The position numbers and the translations under genes are program-made. A DNA stretch of 63,853 nucleotides from contig JARDVH010000140.1 of assembly GCA_030324005.1 (NCBI GenBank), positions 34,468,391 through 34,532,243 of the forward strand, in the 5' to 3' direction. The number at the start of each line of letters is the position of its first letter. Within the stretch, counting starts at the first letter, position 1. Positions 27,210 through 39,469 of this stretch are shown here, one piece after another. The notes beneath the pieces were generated by a model. The model searched no databases. It had not been told where the DNA came from and saw nothing but the letters and a program-made list of their open reading frames with translations. Source of the DNA: Negaprion brevirostris. Lineage: Eukaryota.

Positions 27210-28361
27210 TTATTTGTTTTTGACACTGAATAACAAGAAAAACCCTGCCATAAGCATAACAGTCACTGCCGCCTCAACTAGCTTGTGAAAATGCCATCTT
27301 CTATCTAGACCTTTTCTGTTTTTCTGTAGTTGCATCCTTCTCCAGCGCAGGGTCTGCTCTCTAGCTAATTGCTCCTCATAATGAGCCCTGTAGAATTCGT
27401 CAAAATTGAATATCGATTTCCTACTCTGTGATTTCTCTGATGAGGCCCAAGCCTGCGACTGCTTTGTCTTTGAGGCTTGGGCTTTCTCCAAAGGTTTCTT
27501 CCCACTTTGCAAATCTGCTGGAGTCAGGATGCCTCGATCGTATTTCTTCCGCAGGCTCACACTGCCCAGCACAGAATAGGCCTCGTTGATTTGAGTGAAC
27601 CTCAATGCTGCCTCTTCACTGCCTGCATTCTTGTCTGGGTGATAAAGGAGTGACTGCTTGTAGTAAGCAGATTTGATCTGACTCTGGGTGGCATTGGGAG
27701 AGATTTGCAAAATGTCATAGTATACCGTGTTGCTTCGACAAAAGGGGGGTCCATCGTTCCTGTTGGAATATCTGCCCTCTTTAAAGTAGCCATAGGTTCT
27801 GCATTGGTGCAGTATTTTGGTGACAAAGTGTCCACCCTGGAGTGATGCAGGTGTATTTGTCACGATTAGCCATTTACACGTACGAAAACTCCAAAGTCCA
27901 TGGTGACAAGTGTCGTTCCTCCTCTGGGAGACCAGGGTAGGACAGGACAAGCGACTTCCAGGGTTTGCAGGCCCTTTACTGTGCATCCTCGGTGGCTGAA
28001 TGTTCTTGAGTGCTGTGTCCCCACAGCAGGGCTCACTCACTGTTGGGGATGATGTGCCAGGAAGGCCGGGTGTCCGCTGTGAGCGGTGGAACTGTGGCAC
28101 GGTGAGGGTCAGTGAGAGGAGGGCCCCGGGCTCTGCGGCCATCCTACCGGAATACAGCCGCTCCCCCGCGGCGGGTGGCGGCCACGGCCGCCAGTGAGTT
28201 TCCGAGCGGCCTAGGGGCCCCCGCCCAAAGCTGGCTGCCACTTCATCCCCCAGGTTCTGGTGCTGTCTCTGGCTGTCACTCGCAGCCACTTTCCTGGCCC
28301 AATCCCCTGCGTCCCGTACCCAGTGGCTCCTCACACACCGACCGGCAAACAGCAGCGCCAT
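27210..28361 (-). CDS. DNAJC30: Intronless DnaJ subfamily C member 30 (mitochondrial J-domain protein), 383 aa from the likely start
   Basis: J domain YYDILQISPNATQSQIKSAYYKQSLLYHPDKNAGSEEAALRFTQINEAYSVLGSVSLRKKYDRG with HPD, family motif FNFDEFYRAHYEEQLARE, C-terminal hydrophobic segment. ATG at 28361 has strong context (AAGATGGCG). The ORF extends to an ATG at 28454, but that lies among promoter motifs. Confidence 0.92.
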   Translation of the reverse strand: MALLFAGRCVRSHWVRDAGDWARKVAASDSQRQHQNLGDEVAASFGRGPLGRSETHWRPWPPPAAGERLYSGRMAAEPGALLSLTLTVPQFHRSQRTPGLPGTSSPTVSEPCCGDTALKNIQPPRMHSKGPANPGSRLSCPTLVSQRRNDTCHHGLWSFRTCKWLIVTNTPASLQGGHFVTKILHQCRTYGYFKEGRYSNRNDGPPFCRSNTVYYDILQISPNATQSQIKSAYYKQSLLYHPDKNAGSEEAALRFTQINEAYSVLGSVSLRKKYDRGILTPADLQSGKKPLEKAQASKTKQSQAWASSEKSQSRKSIFNFDEFYRAHYEEQLAREQTLRWRRMQLQKNRKGLDRRWHFHKLVEAAVTVMLMAGFFLLFSVKNK

Positions 28362-28515
28362 CTTACCAGCTGGGAGGAAGGCCGCGGTCTTGACGGACCG
28401 CAATATTGACCAATCACACGCCAGGGATTCATGATGGACCCGACCTCCAGCCATTTACAGCCCAACACCTTCAGCCTATGGCAGCGGCGCTTTCCCGCAA
28501 GTCCCGCCCCCATCT
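28362..28515 (-). promoter_or_regulatory. Putative DNAJC30 CpG-rich promoter
   Basis: CCAAT box (GACCAATCA, ~28409-28417), GC box (TCCCGCCCC, 28502-28510), TTTCCCGC E2F-like motif (~28491-28498); CpG-dense from ~28060 to 28510. Confidence 0.6.
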
Positions 28516-28705
28516 TCCTGATTTACAAGTCAAGCTGTTGCAGTTCCACCAATTGCACTGGAAACAGCACAGTGGCCAAATTTGAAAAGTTATTGTTCAG
28601 GGACAACTATTGAGAAACTTATGGGCAAGTTTAATATGTTTCAGGGGGAAAATATGCACCATATTTTGAATGGTGGTGATTTGAAGTATCCAGCAGATAT
28701 AGATT

Positions 28706-29062
28706 GGGCGGCATGGTAGCACAGTGGTTAGCCCTGCTGTTTCACAGCACCACAGACCCGGGTTCGATTGCTGGCTTGGGTCACTGTATGTGCTGAGTTT
28801 ACACATTCTCCTTGTGTCTGTGTGGGTTTCCTCCAGGTGCTCCAGTTTCCTCCCACAGTCCAAAGTTGTGCAGGTTAAGTTGACTGGCCATGTTAAAATT
28901 GTCCCTTAGAATCCTGAGATGTGTAGGTTGGAGGGATTAGCGGGTAAAATATGCAGGGATATGGGGGTAGGGCCTGGGGAGGGGATTGTGGTCAGTGCAG
29001 ACTCAATGGGCCAAATGGCCTCTTCCTGCACTGTAGGGTTTCTGTGATTATTTCTTTCTATG
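28706..29062 (+). mobile_element. HE1/V-SINE-like SINE, full length
   Basis: Head GGTAGCACAGTGGTTAGC..GGGTTCGATT, central GTGGGTTTCCTCCAGGTGCTCCAGTTTCCTCCCACAGTCCAAAG, CR1-type tail GGCCAAATGGCCTC..CTGCACTGTAGGG. Confidence 0.85.
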
Positions 29063-29805
29063 AGATTATTTGCTTTAGAACAGAGAAGACTGAGGGGAGA
29101 TTGAGGTGCATAAGATTATGAGTGGTATGGATTGACTAAACAGTGAGCAACTGTTCCCATTGGTTCAGAGGTCAATCACAAGTGGGCATAGTTCTAGGGT
29201 AAGGGGCAGGAGATTCACAGGGGATTTGAGAAAAAACTTTTTTAACTCAGAGGGTGGGAATTTGGAATTCACTGCCTGGGGGGGTATTTTCCGGACAAAC
29301 CAAGTAAACAAACTCAAATTACATTCGGACAAAGAAAAAGGGGGTGGCTCCCCAAAAGGGGGGGAACAGCACGAACAGAAACAAAAAGTACAAAGGAAAT
29401 TCACTGCCTGGGAAGGTAGTGGAAGCTGGAAACCTCACAACCTGACAAAGGATCATCCAGACTCAAAACATTGGCTCTATTCTTTCTCCACTATAAGACC
29501 TTTTGAGATTTTCTAGCATTTTCTGTTTTTTTCCCCTAAAGTCCAGCATCCACAGTATTTGCCTTTACCTTTAAAAAATATTTAGAAAAACATAAAATAT
29601 AACATTCAAATATGTGGGTCAAGTGCAGGAAATAGGGATTAGCGTGCCTTTAGTGATAGTTATTGTCAGTACAGTCTGTATGGGCCTTTTCTGCACTGTA
29701 TGCCACTATGGCTATGATGATCAATAAGAACATCTCAATGGAGAAATATTTACATGTAACAAAATGCTAGGAATTATTAGCTGGTCTGCAGAGAGAGAAA
29801 CAGAG

Positions 29806-30507
29806 AGGGGGATTAGCAGGGGTTAAGGCCTGGGTGGGAGAGTTGTTGATGCAGGCTCAATGGGCCAAATACCTCCTTCTACACTGTATGGATTCTGATG
29901 TGGCCTCAACTCCATTTTCCTACCTGCTCTGGGTCCTCACCCCTCATTCATAACCCTTGACTCTCTTCTTTCAAAAATCTAATTACACCTGGAACAAATT
30001 CAATGATCAAAAACAAAATTCAACATAGCAGATTATTTGCATTGTTTGACAAATATTTACAACCATAGTATTCTCCAAAGGTAACATTATTTGCTTTTAC
30101 ATTAGCATCTGAGCAGTCCTTGTGATCTAGGGATCTGAAACATGAAGTCTTTGTGGATGCTGTCTGACCTGAGTACTTCCAGCATTTTCTGGCTGTTTTT
30201 TGGCAGACTGCCAATATCTGCAGTACTTTGCATTTGTGTTATTACATTTTTACTGAGGATCACATTAGTCAATTCTCTACCCTAGAAAGCAGTGGTAGCT
30301 GAGTCATTGAATTTATTCTAGGTATAATCAGATAGATTTTTGATAGAAAAGAGTCCAGGGTTGCAGATGAAGGGTGAGGGCCCAAAATAGATAGGAAAAT
30401 GGAGTTAATGCCACATCAGAATCCCTACAGTGTAGAAGGAGGTATTTAGCCCATTGAGCCTGCATCAACAACACTCCCACCCAGGCCCTAACCCCTGCTA
30501 ATCCCTC
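29806..30507. repeat. Local inverted duplication: ~200-bp arms (29806-30006 and 30304-30507), ~300-bp spacer
   Basis: Arms are reverse complements across a SINE-tail/CR1-tail junction (…CTACACTGTA(T/G)GGATTCTGATGTGGC…AACTCCATTTTCCTA…). Confidence 0.85.
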
Positions 30508-30690
30508 AACACTAAGAGGCATATTTAGCATAAACAATTTACTTAAACCCACAGGTTGGGAGGAAACTGGAGCACTCGGAAGAAACCCAAGCAAACTCGA
30601 AGAAAACTCCCCACACAGATAGGCACCCAAGGCTGGAATTGAACCCAGGTCCTAGCACTTTGAAGCAGCAGTGCTAACCACTGTACCATT
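30416..30690 (-). mobile_element. HE1/V-SINE-like SINE
   Basis: GGAGGAAACTGGAGCAC and GGAATTGAACCCAGG..GCAGTGCTAACCACTGT blocks. Confidence 0.8.
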
Positions 30691-30749
30691 ATCTTGCTGA
30701 ATTGCAGAGCAGACTCAAGGCGCTGAATGGCCTCTAGCCATGCTCCTAA

Positions 30750-31085
<336 letters not shown>

Positions 31086-31149
31086 TGAGGCTCTCTCCGC
31101 TCCGGACTTTTATTGAAGGTGGGGGGAGGAACGGCGGCGCAACCGGAGC

Positions 31150-31260
31150 TGACAGCGGAAGTGACGTTTCGGCTTTCTGATTGACGTGCCGGCCCACTAG
31201 TCAGGGACTGCGGCGGTTCCTGGTTGCTATGGTAACCGCGTCTCAGAGCTGACTCATCAG
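31150..31260. promoter_or_regulatory. Transcription-factor motif cluster at the start of BCL7B intron 1
   Basis: ETS-CRE overlap GCGGAAGTGACGT (31155-31167), RFX X-box GTTGCTATGGTAAC (31223-31236), AP-1 TGACTCA (31250-31256). Confidence 0.6.
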
Positions 31261-31356
31261 TTGGGGGTGGGATTTCCTGTTCTGTCGGAGCTGGGTGGGC
31301 AGTGAGTCTGATTCATTTGCTCAGAGCCTCAGAGTGAAACTGGCTTCCCCAAAGTG

Positions 31357-31794
31357 ATGCCGGCATTGGACTGGGGTAAACGCAGTAAGACGTTTCACGA
31401 GACCAGGTTAAAGTCCAACAGGTTTATTTGGTAGCAAACGCCACTAGCTTTCGGAGCGCTGCTCCTTCCTCAGGTCAGTCAAATCTGAATGAACACTCAC
31501 CTGACGAAGAGGTAGAGCCCTGAAAGCTAGTGGCGTTTGCTACCAAAAAAAACTGTTGGACTTTAACCTGGTGTTGTGAGACTTCTTACTGTGTTTACCC
31601 CAGTCCAATGCTGGCATNNNNNNNNNNNNNNNNNNNNNNNNNNNNNNNNNNNNNNNNNNNNNNNNNNNNNNNNNNNNNNNNNNNNNNNNNNNNNNNNNNN
31701 NNNNNNNNNNNNNNNNNCTGTTGGACTTTAACCTGGTGTTGTGAGACTTCTTACTGTGTTTACCCCAGTCCAATGCTGGCATCTCCACATCGTG
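31357..31794. mobile_element. Penelope-derived fold-back element with a 12-bp target-site duplication and hammerhead motifs in both arms (contains an assembly gap)
   Basis: TTCCCCAAAGTG at 31345-31356 and 31795-31806; inverted arms; cores at 31441-31476 (-) and 31495-31533 (+). Confidence 0.8.
31441..31476 (-). ncRNA. Minimal hammerhead ribozyme motif
   Basis: Minus strand reads AC-CUGAGGA-A-GGAGC-AGC-GCUCC-GAAA-GCUA-GUGG. Confidence 0.65.
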
Positions 31795-32139
31795 TTCCCC
31801 AAAGTGGACCAGTGCTCCATTCCGTCCCTGGACAGAGAGGAAATCCCCTGCTTCACTACTTGATGAGCTCCCACTTCAAATGCTGACTAGCCTGTATATT
31901 TTTCTCACAGCCCTTAGGACCCTGTGGGAAACGGCCTGCAACCTGTTAAAACTAAGGCCGTTTCACACACTGGAGGGAAAGTTTGTCCAAAAATGTGCAG
32001 TTTAGCTGGGTTGACCATGCTCAGTTGCCCCTCAATGGCAGGGAGATTAGCAAGGTAAATACTTGGGGTTACAGACTTAAAGCCTGGGTGGGGTTGTTGT
32101 CAGTGCAGGCATGATGAGTCAAATGGCCTCTTTCTGCGC

Positions 32140-32303
32140 GATGTGGAGATGCCAGCGTTGAACTGGGGTAAACACAGTAAGAAGTCTCACAACACCAGGT
32201 TAAAGTCCAACAGATTTATTTGGTAGCAAAATCCACTGCTTCATGGATTTTGCTACCAAATAAACCTGTTGGACTTTAACTGGTGTTGTGGGACTTCTTA
32301 CTC
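32140..32303. mobile_element. Short fold-back element of the same family, nested in a HE1 SINE tail; no hammerhead
   Basis: ~58-bp near-perfect inverted arms around an 8-nt loop at ~32236-32243. Confidence 0.8.
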
Positions 32304-32424
32304 TCTGCACTGCAGGGATGCTATGATTCTATGACTTGGTTTGTTTGTTTTTGCGCTGCATTTTTGCTGACATATTGCAGCATGCTGTAAGGGCCATGCA
32401 GTTTAATTCCAGAAGTTTGTAACA

Positions 32425-32618
32425 CATTCTGGAAAATCTCTTGACAGCTTCTGTGGAGAGAGAATCAAGCCAACGTTTCAAGTCAGGATGACCCTTCATC
32501 AGAGCCTTACTCGAGATGTTGGTTCTTTTCTCTCTTCAGACATTGTTAGAGCTGCTGAAATTTTCCAGCATTTCCTGTTTGTTTCAGGTTTCAGTATCTG
32601 CAGTATTTTGCTTTTATC
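32425..32618. mobile_element. Second Penelope-like terminal family in inverted arrangement, with a hammerhead core on the minus strand (32470-32504)
   Basis: Minus strand reads CU-CUGAUGA-A-GGGUC-AUCCU-GACUU-GAAA-CGUU-GG; relatives at ~29440-29570, 30110-30240, 40415-40515 and 62190-62300. Confidence 0.65.
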
Positions 32619-33189
32619 CAGAAGTCTAACTGTTATACTTTGCATTACTTGAGGAGAATAGGTAGGGGTTGGATGGTGTTGGGAAATCTTATCAATGATA
32701 GAATAACCCCAGTCTCTAAACTGCTTTCACATTCTAATTTATTGTGTTGTACATTTTTTAATTCCTCCCTCAAACTGTTTCATAATTATTAAAGCACAAA
32801 GTGAGACTGTTTGGCCCATCGTGTCTGCACTGACTATCTGAATGAACAATTCACCTAGTGCCATTCTCCCACCTTCTCCCTGAAACCCTGTATGTTTTTC
32901 CTTTTCACTTAATTTGCTTTCATTGCTTTGTCTTAACCTGCTTCTACCACACTCCCACATCCTAGACCTTAACTTTTTTGTTTCATTTCTACTTCTTTTG
33001 CTAATTATTTTAGATCTGTAATTTCTCGATCCTTTGACGAGAAGTAATTTTACCCTATCTCAAAATCGCAGAATCTTTATAGTGCAAAAGGAGGCCTTTC
33101 AGCCCATTGAGTCTGCACTAGCTTGGAATCTAATTCCACTTCCCTGCCTTTCTTATAACATTGTGCATTATTTCTTTTCAGGTAACAGT

Positions 33190-33920
33190 CTAATTCCCAT
33201 TTTAATACCTTGATCAAACTCATCTCCACCACCCTGACAGGAAGCTCTTTCCAGACTCCAACCACCCTCTGGCTGAAAAATGTTTTTTCACATTTCTTCT
33301 ACTCCTTTTGCCCATTATTTTGAATCTGTGCCCTTCAATTCTTGATGTATGCCTGAGAGAGAACAATTTTACGCTATTTATCCTGTCCATATCCCTTAGG
33401 ATCTTGAATACCTCTATCAAGATTCCTTTCAGCCTTCTTTTCTCCAAGGAAGACAGACCCAACCTTTCCAATCTATCCTCATTGTTACAGTGGTTTATCC
33501 TTGGAATTGTTCTAATGAATCTCCTCTGTTACCTATCTACTTTGTCTGCACCCCTCATGATTTTGAATACCTTTATCAAATCTCCTTTCAGACTTTTTTC
33601 AAGGGAAAAGGTAACAAATTTCTCCAATCTATCTTTATAACTGAAATTCCTTATCTCTGGAACCATCCCTGTGAACCTTTGCTGCACTCTCTACGATGCC
33701 TTTACATCCTTCCTAAAGTACAGCATCCAGAACTGAAATGCAGTTCTCCAGCTGAGATTGAATTAATGCCTTGTACAAGTTCAACTTAATCTTGCTCTTG
33801 CCTTTATTAGTAAAGCCTATACCAGCTGCTTTATTGCCCACTCTTTTGACCTATCCCACCATCTTCAATGACGTATGTACCTATATATCCAAGTTTCCCT
33901 GCTCCTGCACCCCTTTTAAT
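33190..33920 (-). mobile_element. CR1 LINE 3' fragments
   Basis: ERLGLSSLEKRRLKGILIEVFKILRDMDR is the CR1 ORF2 C-terminal motif. Confidence 0.8.
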
Positions 33921-34389
33921 GTTTTTTTGTTTTTATTCTTTCATGGGACGTGGGATTCACTGACAAAACCAGCATTTATTGCCCATCCCTAACTGTCCTT
34001 GAATGGAGTGAATTGCTGGGCGGTTAAGAGTCAACCACATTGCTGTGGGTCTGGAGTAGCTTGTTCGCCAGACCAGATGTAGATGGCAAAATTTCCTTCC
34101 CAAAAGGACATTAGTGAATCAGATGGGTTTTTTTGAGAATTGACACATAATATGGGGACTCTTTTCTGTAGTTTAACGTATAAGCTGCCTGCCGAAATAG
34201 TGTTCAGTCAATGTGGCTTTAAGTTTGTTTATTACAGTTGAAAGCTTAACATTTTGTAATGTGATCCTTTCATTTAGTCACAGGGAATTCAAGTATCATT
34301 TTAAAAATGGATGGTCTGTATGGGGAGATGGTGACATAGAGGTAATGTCACTGAACTAGTATTCAGAGGTCCAGGCTATTATTTTTTAG

Positions 34390-35103
34390 AAGGTGAGAAG
34401 CTTGTGTTGATGTTCAAAGGGACTTTGTTGTGTTTGGACAAGTAACACAGAAAATTAGAATGCAAGTGCAGCAAGCAATTAGGAAGGGAAGTGGTATGTT
34501 GAGCTTTATTGCAGGTGGATTGTAGTACTAGATTAAATAAGTCCTATTATTGCTGTACAGGGCTTTGATGAGATTGCATCTGGCATATTGTGTGCTGATT
34601 TGGTCTCCACACTTAAAAAGGATATGTTTACATTGGATCAATACAGTGAACATTCATTAAATTGGTACCTGGGATGAGGGAACTGTCCTATGATGAGAGA
34701 CTGAGTAAATCAGACTTGTATTCTCTGAAGTTTAGAAGAATGAGAAGTGGTTAGCTACAAAATTCTAAAAGGGCTTGAAAGGCGGATGTTAAAAGATTTC
34801 CATTAGTTGTGAAATCTTGAACACGAGAGCACAGGCTCTGGATAAAGAGCCAATTAATTAGGACTGAGATGAGATTCATTCAAAGGATTGTGAATCTTCC
34901 AAATTCTCTGCCCCTAAGGATTGTGGATGCTCCAATGTTGAAAATAATTAAGGCTAAGATAAACAGATTTTTGGTATCTTAAGGAATCAAGAGATATGGG
35001 GAGCAGGCAGGAAAGTGGAGTTGAAATATGAGATCAGCAATGATTGTGTTGAAAAGCTTGATGGGACATGTGGTCGACTCCTCTTACTACTTACATTCTT
35101 ATG
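34390..35103 (+). mobile_element. CR1 LINE 3' fragment inserted into a SINE (SINE head ~34322-34385, remainder ~35105-35420)
   Basis: CR1 C-terminal motifs and TTCTTATG tail; flanks join up into the 14640-type SINE. Confidence 0.7.
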
Positions 35104-37249
35104 AAATGGATTCATATCCTACTATAGCAGTTGATGCAATTTAAATTCAATTAGGATATGGAAATAAAAGCTAGTTTCAGGAATGGTGACTGTCAAACTA
35201 TCATCCATTTTCCTAAAAACCCAACTGGTTCACTTGTGCCCTTCAGGAATAGAAATTGTTGTCCTAAACTGGTCTGGCCTTTGTGACTCCAGACCCACAG
35301 CAATGTAGTTGGCTCCTTACTGCCCTCTGAAGTAGCCTGACAAACCAAGTTCAAGAGCAATTAGAGATGAGGCGCAAGTGCTGACTGTGCCAATGATGTC
35401 CATATCCAATGAAAAAATAAAACTGATCTTCATTGGTATTGTTGGAATCAATGTGAGATGATACATTAAGCGAATCATATAATGCATTTCAGAAAAGCAC
35501 ATAATATCCTTCAGAAAAGTGTCATGTTCATGTCCTATTATATCCATGTGACCAGACAGATGGGTCCCTTTTAATCCTTCATTCAAAGGTAACATTTTTG
35601 ATAATGCAATGCACGGTACTGCATTGTACTGGACTAACCGGATTCGCTTGTCATCACAAGAAGCCCCAAGTCCCACGCATTTTCAGCAGCTGTTCAACAG
35701 CCAATGACAATCAACTTTTTGAGACTCCAGGATGACCTGCCAATCACAATTGATTATTTGGAGACTATTGTTTATGTTTTGAGACTACTCAACTAGTGGT
35801 AATAGTTTCTTTAAATCTATCCTACCTGTTCCCCTTAATATCTTGAAAACTTCAGTGAACTCATTCTTCATCCTTCTAAATTCCAGGGATTATAACCTTG
35901 GTTTGTTTAATCTCCCTTTGCAGCTGCACTCATAAAAAGGACACTATATCTTCTCTAAGGTATGGCAATCAGGACCAGTTGTCTAACCAGGGCTTTGTAT
36001 AGCTGCAAATTAGGCCGCTATTCTCCCGACTGTTTTGTCAGTTCAGCTTCTCACCTGAATCTCCACACTCTGCACTGAAGAGGTTCCACTCGTGAATCTC
36101 ATTAAAAACCCAGGGGAGCCAGGCCTATTCGCACTTGAGTTTGATAGTTCTGGAGCTCTGTGCATGTGCAGTGGCCCCAAACTGTCAACCTCCTATTTGT
36201 TGGCCAGCTCAGGTCTCCCACCCAATGTTGCCTCTCCAGCCTCCTCCCCCGCACGGCCCGATTGTGACCCCCACAACAATTCCCAGGCCAGCCTTGACAC
36301 TCCCACCCAATGTATTGGGAGATATGCATGCCTTCTTGGCATGCAAATGCCTGTTCAAGGCTGGAGACGCGCAGCTCCCACTGTGACCCAACAGAAAAGT
36401 TGCAAGTTGCAATAGGAGAATTGCAGCCTTGATTTCTCACCCTTTTGTGCTCTAGTCCTCTAGGTATAAAGGCCAGCTTTTCATTAGCTTTTTTGATTAT
36501 TTTCTGTACCTGTCCATGACACGTTAAAGATCTGTATGCCAGGACCATCAAATACCTTTAGGCCTCTTGTATCTAGCTTTTTACATTTACAAGTATCCTA
36601 GTCTATCCCTTTTTAGGTCCAAAGTAGATTATCTCACATTTGCCTACATTGAAATCTCTTTGCCACAGTTTTATCCATTCACTGAATCTATGAATATCTC
36701 TTTGTAATTTTCCACTTCCATCCACAGTTTATAACACCACCTTTGTTTCTGCTATTAGCGAATTTGAATATGTGACTTTTTATCTTGTCAACTAAGTTGT
36801 TCATGTGTACAATAAATAGTTTCAGGATACCACTAGTCCAACGTTCCCTTAATTCTTTTTTTGGAGTGTGCAGATTTCGTTAATTCAATTTTTTTGGCCT
36901 GGCAACTTAGAGGTCACCTTATGCACAACCTGTGCAGAGACCTTTGGGTTGTAGCATACCTGTGCATCTTACAAGGGATATTACACTAGTCACACCCTGC
37001 TAATTATCCTGCCTGCTAGTTCATCCTATTCTCTGTCTACTGTGACTTGGCCAACTTCTTAACCAGGTCAAACAATTTGCCTTCAATTCCATGAGTTTTA
37101 ACTTTGGGCAAGTCTCTTGTGGACTCATGTTATGATTGAATTTTACTTTCAATTTGAGGGAGAGAAGGGAGGGTGTAAGAATAGTATACTCAAATAAGGA
37201 CAATTATAAGAGCATGGAAACAGCTAGCAAAAATGAACTAGCAATTTAG

Positions 37250-39230
37250 GTAAAGGGATAGGTCAATAGGATCAGCCATTTAAGATATTTCAGAATACAC
37301 GAATAGATACATCCCAATGAAACAAAAATTCCAAGTGAGGACCCAGCATCTGTGGTTAACAAAAAGATAATATTAAACTTAAAACAAAAGGATATGATTG
37401 TGTAGCTATGGCTGTCAGTTTAGAAGATTGGACCAAATGTAAAAAAAAAGCAAAGAGCATGAAAGGTTAATAAAGAGGGAAAAATTAGAGTAGGTGAGAA
37501 AGTAGTGAGAAATGTAAAGACATATAGGAAGAGTTTCTATAGATATTTTAAAAAGAGAAGAGTGAACAAGAGAAAGTGAGTGGGGAATTAATAATGAAAA
37601 ATAAAGAGATGGCAAATGAATTAAAGTTATTTTCTATCAGGCTTCACTATAGATGATATAGGTAACGTCCCAGAAACAGCTGTAACTCAGGAAATGGAAG
37701 TGAGAGTGGAACTTGGGAAAATTACAATCACCAGCGAAGTGGTACTTAGCAAATTGTTGGAATTCTGGGCTAACAAGTGCCCAGGTCCTAATGGATTTTG
37801 TACTGTTTCTCAAAAGAAATGATTGGTGAGATAGTTGGTTTTTAATTTTCCAAATTTCACTAGATTTGGGGATGGTCTCATTAAATTAGAAAATGGCTAA
37901 CGTAAAACTCCTTTATTCAAAAAAGGCAGAAAACATAACACCTTTCAGAGCTAAAATGTTAGAAGCTATGAATTAAATGTTACAAAAGGGCATTTAGATT
38001 AATTCAAGGTGATCAGACAGAGTGAAAGGGAAATCGTGTTTAACCAATTTATTGCAGTTCTTTGAAGTAGTAACAGGTGCTGTCAATAAAGGATATACTG
38101 TGCTTAGACTTTCAGAAGGCATCTGATAAGGTGCCTCATCAAAGGTTACTGCAGGAAATGAAAGCTCATGGTGTAGGAGGTAACATTTTGGCATGGATAA
38201 AAGATTGGCAAGCAAACAGGAAACCAAAAGTATCCATAAGTGGGTCTTTTTCCAGTTGGCAGGATGTGACAAGTGGTGTGGCATGAGATCAGTGCTGGGG
38301 CCTCAAATCTTTACAATCTTCATCAACAATTTGGATAACAGGACCAATGGTATGGTTGCTAAATTTGCTGAAGATACAATAGGAAAGTCAGTTGTGAAGG
38401 GGACATAAGAAGGCTACAAAAGGACATCAAAAGGTTAGATGAATAGGNNNNNNNNNNNNNNNNNNNNNNNNNNNNNNNNNNNNNNNNNNNNNNNNNNNNN
38501 NNNNNNNNNNNNNNNNNNNNNNNNNNNNNNNNNNGTGAGAAATTGCAGAGCTCTGAGATGCAGAGGGTTGTGGGAGTTCTAATGAAAGAATCGCAAAAAG
38601 TTAGTATGCAGGTCCAGCAAGTAATTAGCAAAGGTAATTAAATGTTATTGTTTATTGTGAGGGGAATTGAATACAAAAGTAGAGCAGTTATGCTCCAGGT
38701 GTAGAGATCACTGGTGAGGCCACATTTGGAGTACTATGTACTGTATTGGCCTCCTTATTTAAGGAGAGGTGTAAGTGCATAGAAACAGTTCCGAGAAGGT
38801 TTACTAGATTAATAACGGGCGGGCTGATTCATGAAGAAAGCTTGAACAGGCCAGGCATGTATCCGGTGGAGTTTAGACGAGTAAGAGGTGACTTGATTTA
38901 AACATATAAGATCTTGAGGGGATTTGGCTGGGTGGATGCGGAACTAGAAGTCACTGTTTAAATATAAGGGGTTGCTCATTAAAGACAAACATGAGGAAAA
39001 TGTTTTCTCTGAGGGTTGTAAAACTTTGCAACTCTCTTCCTCAAAAGGCATTTGAGGCAGAAATAGTTTCTTGACAAGTAAAGGGGTGAAAAGTTATCTG
39101 AGGTAGGCTGGAATGCAAAGTTGATGTTTAAAATTAGATCGTCCATGATCTTATTCTATGGTGGAGAAGGTTCAAGGGACTGAGTGGCCTACTCCTGCTC
39201 CTAATTCATATCTTCATGTGATTGTATGTT
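37250..39230 (+). mobile_element. Decayed CR1 LINE ORF2 (RT region to 3' tail)
   Basis: LDFQKASDKVPHQRL, SVLGPQIFTIFINNLD, KFAEDT; tail GAGTGGCCTACTCCTGCTCCT. Confidence 0.85.
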
Positions 39231-39469
39231 TACATGAGGGATTTTATCAAATGGCTTCTAAAGTCCATATTAATAGCATCCACAGATAATCTCCTGTTCA
39301 TTGATTTTTTTTTTGAAGAGACGACTAAAATAATCTGATTCAGAAGGCATGACCTAACATTTACAAATGCTGATATCTCTTTCTGANNNNNNNNNNTATT
39401 CAAGCTATTCAATCACCCCGTCCTTAGCTATATCAATTTCCTGATAACAGAAGTTTAGATAACTGGTCT

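Noticed and set aside
28362..28454. Upstream ATG giving a 414-aa DNAJC30
   Set aside because: Lies upstream of the CCAAT box among promoter motifs; the 28361 ATG has the better context
28706..28780. tRNA-like sequences here and at other SINE heads
   Set aside because: They continue into SINE bodies and lack a complete cloverleaf
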